A stretch of 64,000 nucleotides of DNA from Candidatus Cloacimonadales bacterium. GTDB lineage: Bacteria; Cloacimonadota; Cloacimonadia; Cloacimonadales; DAONDQ01. The notes under the pieces were generated by a model that saw only the letters and a list, made by a program, of their open reading frames with translations, had not been told where the DNA came from and searched no databases. Location: positions 3,232,001 to 3,296,000 of the forward strand of contig OY759316.1 of the NCBI GenBank assembly GCA_963662275.1. Direction: 5' to 3'. Position numbers and translations under genes: made by a program. This document shows, piece after piece, positions 32,057 to 39,440 of this stretch (its first letter is position 1; the number at the start of each line of letters is the position of its first letter).

Positions 32057-33079
32057 TTAGCTGAATTGGCGTAAAAACCTTAAGTCGTTTTCAAATAATA
32101 ACCGGATATCCGGTAAATTATACTTCAACATGGCTATACGGTCAATTCCTAAGCCAAAAGCGAAACCGGAATAACGCTCCGGATCGATTCCCAGCATTTC
32201 AAAAACATTCGGGTCTACCATACCGGCACCACCCATTTCCAACCATCCGCTACCCTTACATATTCGGCAACCTCTACCTCCGCAACTGACACAACTGATA
32301 TCCATTTCAGCACTAGGTTCCGTGAAGGGAAAGAAATGCGGTCTGAACCGTGATTTGGTTCCTGCACCGAACATCTTTGTTGCAAATTGATTGAGAGTAT
32401 CCCTTAGATCGGCAAATGTGATATCTTCATCGACAACTAATGCTTCCACCTGGTGAAAAACTGGTGAATGGGAAGCATCGAGTTTATCATTACGGTAACA
32501 TCTACCCGGTGATATGATACGAATCGGAGGCTTATGACTCTCCATTGTCCGCACCTGCACTGTGGAAGTTTGAGTCCGCAAGAGTGTATTCTCCGTGATG
32601 AAAAATGTATCTGCCAAATTACGGGAAGGGTGATCCTTGGGTGTATTCAGAGCATCAAAATTATGGAACTGATCTTCAATATCGAAACCTTCAGCGATTT
32701 CGAAACCGAGACTAATGAAATTATCCTCGATCTCGCGCCATACTTGAGTCAGGGGATGCAAAGCACCTCTTTCATTCCGGCGACCGGGAAGCGTCAGGTC
32801 AAGCCTGGATGCTTCCTGTCTGCGGATATACTCCTGTTCAACCATGACTTTTTCCTGAACATTGATCAGTTCTTCCAATTCCCGTTTAGCATCATTAATG
32901 ATTGCACCAAAGGCTGGACGTTCCTCCTGGGGAATCTCACGCAAGCGCTTTAGGAAATCCGTTACCTGGCTGTTTTTACCTAAATAACGGGATTTCAGGT
33001 TCGCTAATTCTGCGGGATTCGAAGCAGAACGAATCTCATCACGAGCTATTTGAACGATTTGCTCTAGTTGATTTCTCAC
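32057..33079 (-). CDS. pheS: Phenylalanine--tRNA ligase alpha subunit
   Basis: 'NFDALN..HP', 'LLRTQTS', 'FPFTEPSAE', 'GFAFGLGIDR'. Confidence 0.97.
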   Translation of the reverse strand: MRNQLEQIVQIARDEIRSASNPAELANLKSRYLGKNSQVTDFLKRLREIPQEERPAFGAIINDAKRELEELINVQEKVMVEQEYIRRQEASRLDLTLPGRRNERGALHPLTQVWREIEDNFISLGFEIAEGFDIEDQFHNFDALNTPKDHPSRNLADTFFITENTLLRTQTSTVQVRTMESHKPPIRIISPGRCYRNDKLDASHSPVFHQVEALVVDEDITFADLRDTLNQFATKMFGAGTKSRFRPHFFPFTEPSAEMDISCVSCGGRGCRICKGSGWLEMGGAGMVDPNVFEMLGIDPERYSGFAFGLGIDRIAMLKYNLPDIRLLFENDLRFLRQFS

Positions 33080-33081
33080 GA

Positions 33082-33438
33082 TTAAGCAAGAGCTCCCTTA
33101 GCAAGGGTCACTAATTGTGCAAAAGCTTCTGGATCATGCCAGGCTAAATGTGCCAATACCTTGCGGTTGATGTCGATGTTAGCTTTATGTAAACCGTTAA
33201 TAAATTTACTATAGCTCATGTCATTAATATGGCAGCCTGCATTGATACGTACAATCCAAAGACGGCGAAAGTCTCTTTTTTTAGCTTTACGGTCACGGAA
33301 GGCATATCCCCAACCTTTTTCAACAGTCTGACGAGCGGTAACGTATAAGCGATGGCGAGCACCGAAATAGCCTTTCGCAGCTTTCAAATATTTCTTTCTT
33401 CTCGCGTGGGAAGCTACATTATTGGTTGATCTTGGCAT
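33082..33438 (-). CDS. rplT: 50S ribosomal protein L20
   Basis: 'AKGYFG', 'KRDFRRLWIVRINA', 'NRKVLA'. Confidence 0.98.
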   Translation of the reverse strand: MPRSTNNVASHARRKKYLKAAKGYFGARHRLYVTARQTVEKGWGYAFRDRKAKKRDFRRLWIVRINAGCHINDMSYSKFINGLHKANIDINRKVLAHLAWHDPEAFAQLVTLAKGALA

Positions 33439-33452
33439 GTTATCTCTCCTTC

Positions 33453-33653
33453 TTAAACGTTCAGCAGTCTTCTGATTCTTGGAACATCGACTGCAGCGAC
33501 CATTTCGCCCTTTCGCAGATTACGTTTCAGAGTAGCAGACTTTTTTGTTTTAATGTGAGCTGCTTTGGCATGATGTCTTTTAATCTTGCCATTCGCCGTG
33601 ATTTTGAATCGTTTAGCCGTTGCTCTATGGGTTCTGATCTTCGGCATTTCCAT
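33453..33653 (-). CDS. rpmI: 50S ribosomal protein L35
   Basis: 'MPKIRTHRATAKRFKIT'; the second Met is the probable start. Confidence 0.95.
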   Translation of the reverse strand: MEMPKIRTHRATAKRFKITANGKIKRHHAKAAHIKTKKSATLKRNLRKGEMVAAVDVPRIRRLLNV

Positions 33654-33743
33654 TTCCTCCTATATTACTTACATTTTGTTCTTTCTGGTTCCCCTCCCAT
33701 TTAGGGAGGGTTTGGGGAGAGCTAGTTCTTTCTTCTCCCTCTG

Positions 33744-33841
33744 ACCTGTTACCTGTTACCTGTTACCTGTTACCTGTTACCTGTTACCTGTCACCTGTCA
33801 CCTGTCACCTGTCACCTGTCACCTGTCACCTGTCACCTGTC
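33744..33841. repeat. Heptamer microsatellite (ACCTGTT)6(ACCTGTC)8
   Basis: Counted directly in the infC-rpmI spacer. Confidence 0.95.
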
Positions 33842-33891
33842 ACCTTCTGCTATGCTCTGCCAATTTTTAATTTTTAACTTTTAATTAAAAA

Positions 33892-34686
33892 TTACGCCTG
33901 GTCAGGATCTATTTCTTTAGTATTCGCTTTTTTCTTGGTCGTTTGTTTCTCAACTTTCAAGGCAGCAACTGCATCTTCAGATGTATCAACCTTCACTTTT
34001 GTGGTTTTTGCCTTAACGCTGACAGATGCTGTCTCCTCTTCTGAGGTTTCGGCATCCAAAGCTATTTCATTGGCTTCAATAGCGGAAATCTGTTCCGGTG
34101 TTGGTTCCGGTTCCATTTTGGAAATGATCTTATCAATCTCTTTCTTCGGGGATATGATCATCATGAGTAAGTTCTTTTCCGCTAAAGGCTGGGAATCAAC
34201 GTCAGCAATATAGGCTAAATCTGCTGCCAATCGTTCCAGGATGGAATAACCAAGTTCCTTGTGTGCCATCTGGCGACCACGGAATTTGACTGTGAATTTT
34301 ACCTTATTATGTTGTTTCAGGAAGCGAGTTGCATTATTCTTTTTAAAGTTGTAATCATGCTCCTCGGTACTCGGTCCGAACTTGATTTCCTTCACTTGAA
34401 TTTCATGCTGTTTCTTACGGGCTTCCTTCACTTTCTTTTCTTTTTGGTAGTAGTATTTGCTAAAATCCATGATGCGGCATACAGGTGGATCAGCAGTGGG
34501 TGATATTTCGACTAGATCAAGCTCTGCTTTCTCTGCCATTTTCATTGCTTCACTGGTTTTTACAATACCAACCTGTGTTCCGTCTGCATCAATTAAACGC
34601 ACCTGATCACATGTGATCTGGCGATTTGAGCGTTCTTTTGGCACGACTTCCTTCATCTTTGCCTTGCCTTTGCGAATCCGGATTAT
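33892..34686 (-). CDS. infC: Translation initiation factor IF-3, probable ATA start, long C-terminal tail
   Basis: 'LDLVEISP..PPVCRIMD', 'VKEIKF', 'FRGRQMAH'; AAGGAGG lies 5 nt before an in-frame ATA at 34686, while the ATG at 34656 lacks a comparable SD. Confidence 0.93.
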   Translation of the reverse strand: MIRIRKGKAKMKEVVPKERSNRQITCDQVRLIDADGTQVGIVKTSEAMKMAEKAELDLVEISPTADPPVCRIMDFSKYYYQKEKKVKEARKKQHEIQVKEIKFGPSTEEHDYNFKKNNATRFLKQHNKVKFTVKFRGRQMAHKELGYSILERLAADLAYIADVDSQPLAEKNLLMMIISPKKEIDKIISKMEPEPTPEQISAIEANEIALDAETSEEETASVSVKAKTTKVKVDTSEDAVAALKVEKQTTKKKANTKEIDPDQA

Positions 34687-34715
34687 AGTGGCCTCCTTAT
34701 GGTTATCGTGAACAT

Positions 34716-34830
34716 AAAAAAAGAGCGGATAAAATATCCGCCCGCTTTATAACTAAGTACATAAATCTCAATACATAGACCTTACTAATATCATCTGAAT
34801 CGTAAGGTAGAAGCGGACAGCCTCTTTACT
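34716..34830 (-). promoter_or_regulatory. L20-leader-like attenuator upstream of infC-rpmI-rplT
   Basis: 'GUCCGCUUCUACCUUAC...GUAAGGUC...AAAGCGGGC' pairing overlaps the terminator GCGGAUA-UUU-UAUCCGC-UCUUUUUUU. Confidence 0.7.
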
Positions 34831-35830
34831 CTATAACCAACTTCGTAGACTTCTGGAAATGCGTCAAGTGAATTCAGGAAATTTAACCACGAAACACACG
34901 AAATACACGAAAACAGATATTGTAAGGTAAGGATCAACGGATCAGAATCGTCTGGCATGTCGTAGAGTAGGACTCCGTTCCTGCTTCTGCTTTCGTTCTT
35001 CGCATTTCGCACTACGTATTTCGTACTTCGTACTTCCTTAGAATCCTTAGTATAGTTTAGAGCCTGAAACTTAATTAAACATTATTACGTGTCGATTTTC
35101 GACATCAAAAACGACATGAATAGCTTGTCTTTAAAAAGAATTAATAAAGCGTATTTTTAAATATCCTGTTCTTGTATAACCCCAAACAAAAAGGAGTTAA
35201 AGTGTGAAATCTGAAAATCTCTTATCACGTTTATCAGTCTGTTTTATCGATTTCCTTATTTGCTGGTAGCTGATAATTCTGAAAAACTCCACAGGAGTGA
35301 AATCCGATAACCTGACGTGTGAACGTCAGGATAGCTATGGGAAAAGAATGATAAAACGTTTCAACCCAACGCGGGTGACACTTTTACCGGAACGCTGTTT
35401 TCAAACGGCTATGCTCTGCAACTTCAAAAAGCCTCATAAATTAAGCATTCCATTAGCAATGTAGGGGTTTGCGGAAGTAAACCCATCTGCTGAATGTTGT
35501 GATATCAGTGAAGCAAGAAAAGCAGTAAGTTCATCTAAAATCGGATGCTCTAAATCTCAACTATCTTAACAGTTGAACAGTTCTGCTTTAAAGGGGTTGG
35601 GGGGTCTCTTTCTGTTCTACATTGAGTGGCACTTTGTTGTACGATGGGATTGGTTATCCCAGAGAAATGCAGATTCCGATAATACCATTATCGAATACAA
35701 CACATTACCAATGTATGTTACAACATTGGTGGTTACTCCTTGAGCTGTGTGGAAACTCCTTAAGGTGTTGGCTTCTCTTCTAAAAAGCAACGTAAACGAA
35801 GCTGCCACGATTCCTGAAGTAATCACCACA

Positions 35831-35851
35831 CCAAAACAGCTTACAAAGCTA
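35831..35851. repeat. 21-bp direct repeat, left copy (contains AGCTT-N3-AAGCT hairpin)
   Basis: ccaaaacagcttacaaagcta; partner ccaaaacagcttataaagcta at 37523-37543. Confidence 0.85.
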
Positions 35852-35884
35852 TAGTACAGGTAAAAAGGTAAGAAACCTAAAAAA

Positions 35885-36829
35885 CTACTGGACTGCCCTG
35901 CAGAGACGGACACCCTGGACGAAGTAGCTGACGTACGGGTTGACGTAGTACCGATTCGAAACCCGACAGTCGTAGGCATCGTTGCCCCAGTAACTGCCGC
36001 GTAGCACACGGTTGGGTCCGCTAACTGCACCCTGTGGATTCGTCTGCGCATCAGAGCTATAGGTGCCATACCAGTCCCAGCACCACTCATACACGTTGCC
36101 GCTCATATCATAGATTCCCAGAGCATTGGGAGCCTTCGTACCGACAGGATGAGATGTGTCCCCGGAGTTTGGATGGTACCACGCCACGGCATTCACATCA
36201 TCGCTGCCGATGTATAGATAATCCGGTGTGGAAGTTCCGCCCCTTGCTGCAAATTCCCACTCCGCTTCCGTAGGTAACCTGTACCCATTGGCTGTCCAGT
36301 TGCTGATTGCTGCATCCCAGGTAGCGTCATTTCCAGAAGTGGGAACTGTGCCCCAAGCTGTGGGATTTGTAGAACCACTGATCGTATAGACCGGAGTAAG
36401 ACCTTCGTTCAGACTGCGCAGGTTGCAATACTTCAGGATATCATACCTGGATACATAGTACACAGGATAGTTGCTTCCTACTCCGTATGTTGTTCCAAAT
36501 CCAAATGGATCGCTATTCCATGCTCCCATCACAGCCTCCCATTCGCCCTGCGTCAGCTCATACTTGCCAATCATAAACGATGATAACGTCACGCTGTGCG
36601 TTGGCAATTCCCATTCGATTGCGCCACCGTGTGTATCACCCATGGTGAAAGTACCCCCCGGCACCAACACCATCTGCCCAGGAGTTGTACCCTGGCTAAA
36701 AGTTATATCCGTAATTTCGTTCAGATTAAATGTGGTTGTACCGTTTGTAGTGTGCACATTCAGTTGAGCCTGCGCAAATAGAAAAGAGGTAAAAAGGATA
36801 AGGCAGCTAATAAGTAATATTTTATACAT
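35885..36829 (-). CDS. Secreted FGE-sulfatase/C-type-lectin-fold protein; probable DGR target gene
   Basis: 'MVLVPGGTFTMG', 'YELTQ', 'YRLPTEAEWEFAARGG', 'DMSGNVYEWCWDWY', 'RVLRGSYW...GVRLCR'; NNC-rich 3' end. Confidence 0.9.
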   Translation of the reverse strand: MYKILLISCLILFTSFLFAQAQLNVHTTNGTTTFNLNEITDITFSQGTTPGQMVLVPGGTFTMGDTHGGAIEWELPTHSVTLSSFMIGKYELTQGEWEAVMGAWNSDPFGFGTTYGVGSNYPVYYVSRYDILKYCNLRSLNEGLTPVYTISGSTNPTAWGTVPTSGNDATWDAAISNWTANGYRLPTEAEWEFAARGGTSTPDYLYIGSDDVNAVAWYHPNSGDTSHPVGTKAPNALGIYDMSGNVYEWCWDWYGTYSSDAQTNPQGAVSGPNRVLRGSYWGNDAYDCRVSNRYYVNPYVSYFVQGVRLCRAVQ

Positions 36830-36838
36830 AACATACTC

Positions 36839-37288
36839 CTATTTCAGCATCAGCATTTTATTGACTTTGATTTGGTCATCGCATTTAACCTTATAAATAT
36901 AAGGTCCCGAGGCACAGGTATTGCCGGATTCATTCAAGCCATTCCAGGTCAGTTCGTGTACACCTTTAGTCATGTTCTCTTTTGCAAGAACTTTCACCAG
37001 TTGTCCTCTGATGTTATAAATTGCGACTTCCGTCTGATACGATTCTGACAATTCAAATTTGATGATGGTTGAGGGATTAAAAGGATTGGGATAATTAGTT
37101 AAAAACTTAATGGGGACTTTGGGCAGAAACGTTACCCAATCATTATTAGAGACGTTATTAAATGTGATCTGCTGAATATCCTGCACCTGGAACTCCGTAG
37201 TTGTTCCATTGGATAAATGGACAATCATGACATCACAATACAGCAGAAACGGCGCTAAACAGAGGCAGACAAGAAAGATATATCTCAT
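36839..37288 (-). CDS. Small secreted protein: short N-terminal module plus CTD
   Basis: Signal peptide, 'NYPNPFNPST...IYNIRGQLV...SGPYIY'; GGAGG RBS. Confidence 0.88.
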   Translation of the reverse strand: MRYIFLVCLCLAPFLLYCDVMIVHLSNGTTTEFQVQDIQQITFNNVSNNDWVTFLPKVPIKFLTNYPNPFNPSTIIKFELSESYQTEVAIYNIRGQLVKVLAKENMTKGVHELTWNGLNESGNTCASGPYIYKVKCDDQIKVNKMLMLK

Positions 37289-37522
37289 AGTTCCTCCCTG
37301 ATGATTTGGATTATTTTTTTGAATTCACTTTTAATTGAAATTAAAATGTTTGATAATTATCGGTCAAGTTTTATTCTCTATTGACGTTGAAACGCCTTGG
37401 TTTGATGAATCAAACCGAACAACGAATGAATTCGTTGCTACGGTTATTCGTTGTTACGGTTACTAGTTGCTACGGTTTATTCGTTGTTCTGGTGATATAG
37501 TGGCTAGGTTTCAAACCCAACC

Positions 37523-37543
37523 CCAAAACAGCTTATAAAGCTA
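37523..37543. repeat. 21-bp direct repeat, right copy
   Basis: One mismatch to 35831-35851. Confidence 0.85.
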
Positions 37544-37868
37544 ATGATGACTGTAAGAGGTCAGACGCATGGGTCTATCCCTACAATCAGATGCATTTCA
37601 TGTTCCAGTATATTAGCTTCAGGGATAGCCATAAACAAGTTCTTCCGTCTTGAATTTACCGAAAAAGCCTTTGACTGCATGTCTAAATCTTACTTTCATT
37701 TCAACCTATTTTCAGATATTTTAACACGAACTCACCCTCTCTGAAACTGACACCTGGTACCTGAAACCTGTCACCTTCTTCATTGTGTTTCGTGGTTACA
37801 TTCTTCCTTTTTCTTCTTCCTCTTTCAATTTACTTATTTGAGTCAACTATCATACGGAAAAGATTATA

Positions 37869-37965
37869 CCGGTTTCAATCCTGTTTCATACCAGTTTCAA
37901 TCCTGTTTCATTCCTGTTTCGCAAAACTGATATGGAACAGGTATAAACCTTGCTTGGACTTGGAT
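37869..37965. repeat. 11-bp-period array (5 units) plus degenerate inverted units
   Basis: Same unit and architecture as 11259-11390. Confidence 0.85.
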
Positions 37966-38222
37966 TAAATTCAGTATCATATATTCGGTTCTTTGTTTGC
38001 CTGGAGGTAAGGTTGTCCCAACCTCGAAACGATAAGCATAAGGTGCTAGGTGCCAGACTCAGGGCGGAGCATCTGCAGAGTAGGCGAAAGGAATTCGCCT
38101 CGCACGCCGATAAGCAATCGGCGTTCCAGATGGGTCTGCTGACGCAAACCCCTACTTTTTTCTTGCCTTTGATTTCAAACATATTTCCAATTGCTTTTTT
38201 TTGTGAAGAAGGAGGCAATCCT

Positions 38223-39146
38223 ATGGATAGCAAAGTCATTGACTGGTTATTAACCGGGGATGTATCGATCCAGTACCAGGTTTATCGGGATCTACTGCAT
38301 GAAGATCGGAAAGAACTGCAGCAAAGGATTCACAACGAAGGTTGGTGTAAACATTTCCTGGATCTACAGAAGGATGATGGACATTGGGCGTTGGGTTGGT
38401 ATCGACCAAAATGGACTTGCACTCACTACACTTTACTTACTTTGAAATACCTCTCACCCATTAAAGAAATCTCTTCGATCCAGGGAATCATAGAAAGCGG
38501 TTTGAAGAATAACTTCGCCAAGGATGGGGGCATTGGTTTCTGGGGTAATCACACTTACAGTGACGTTTGCGTGAATGGCATGTTCCTGAACTATGCAGCT
38601 TATTTTGTCAAGCCGGATGAGCGTTTTCATATTCTCATCGATTCGCTGCTGAAGATGCAGATGAAGGATGGAGGCTGGAATTGTCGTTTTCGTCATGGTG
38701 CAGTTCATAGCTCTTTTCATACTACTTTAGCCGTACTGGAAGGCTTGTGGGAATATCGGCAAAATGATGGTGTTTATCGATTGAACGAAATCACAAAAGC
38801 GGAGAATAGAGCCATCGAATTTCTCCTTGAACACAATCTATTCCTTTCACATCGCACAAAAGAGATCGTAGATCCTAAAATGACCATTATTTCTTATCCT
38901 CCGCATTGGAGATATAATATCCTGAGGTCTTTGTTGTACTTCGTAGAAAGAAAATTACCCTGGGATGACAGGCTGAAACCTGCAATTGACCTATTGCTAA
39001 AAAAAAGAACACCGGAAGGTTTCTGGCTGCTTGAACAACATCAACCGGGGAAAGTGCATTTCCGAATGGAAAAAGTAGGAAAACAGAGTTATTGGAATAC
39101 GCTCAGAGCACTGAAAGTGCTGTCAGAATTAAAAATTAAAAGTTAA
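38223..39146 (+). CDS. Prenyltransferase/squalene-cyclase-like alpha-barrel protein (start revised)
   Basis: AAGGAGG before MDSKVIDWLL; QW-like repeats 'QKDDGHW', 'QMKDGGWNC'; 'YPPHWRYNILR', 'WNTLRALKVL'. Confidence 0.78.
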   Translation: MDSKVIDWLLTGDVSIQYQVYRDLLHEDRKELQQRIHNEGWCKHFLDLQKDDGHWALGWYRPKWTCTHYTLLTLKYLSPIKEISSIQGIIESGLKNNFAKDGGIGFWGNHTYSDVCVNGMFLNYAAYFVKPDERFHILIDSLLKMQMKDGGWNCRFRHGAVHSSFHTTLAVLEGLWEYRQNDGVYRLNEITKAENRAIEFLLEHNLFLSHRTKEIVDPKMTIISYPPHWRYNILRSLLYFVERKLPWDDRLKPAIDLLLKKRTPEGFWLLEQHQPGKVHFRMEKVGKQSYWNTLRALKVLSELKIKS

Positions 39147-39282
39147 AAAATAAAAGTTGCAGAATTGCAGAAGGTACTAGGTGTCAGGAAGAAGATGAAC
39201 AGGTAATTACTTCCCTCCCTTTGGATAAGCAAGCATAGGAAATACGAAAGCAGACAGTAGGATCGGAATCCTACTCCACGAC

Positions 39283-39390
39283 AAAACGGGCTACTCGGTG
39301 TGAGCAGCCCGTTTGTATTATGTTTCTTTTAGCTCAAGTTTCATAACGCACGGGGTGCGTTATGCCACCTCACGGGGTGAGGCGTTCCCC
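39283..39390. repeat. About 105-bp composite repeat (terminator-like hairpin plus two REP-like palindromes), left copy
   Basis: Similar to 44725-44829 in the same orientation. Confidence 0.85.
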
Positions 39391-39440
39391 CTGTACACTG
39401 TTACCCTGTATGCTGTTCGCTGTACGCAGTACGCTTCTGC

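Noticed and set aside
35617..36090. 157-aa minus-strand ORF
   Set aside because: Alternate frame overlapping the FGE gene and running into repeats; no recognisable motifs.
37415..37495. DGR template repeat (gttgct/gttgtt-rich stretch)
   Set aside because: A short imperfect repeat (ttcgttgctacggtta) that does not align with the FGE variable region.
35040..38200. Complete DGR or integron locus
   Set aside because: No reverse transcriptase, Avd, integrase or convincing attC structure is visible.
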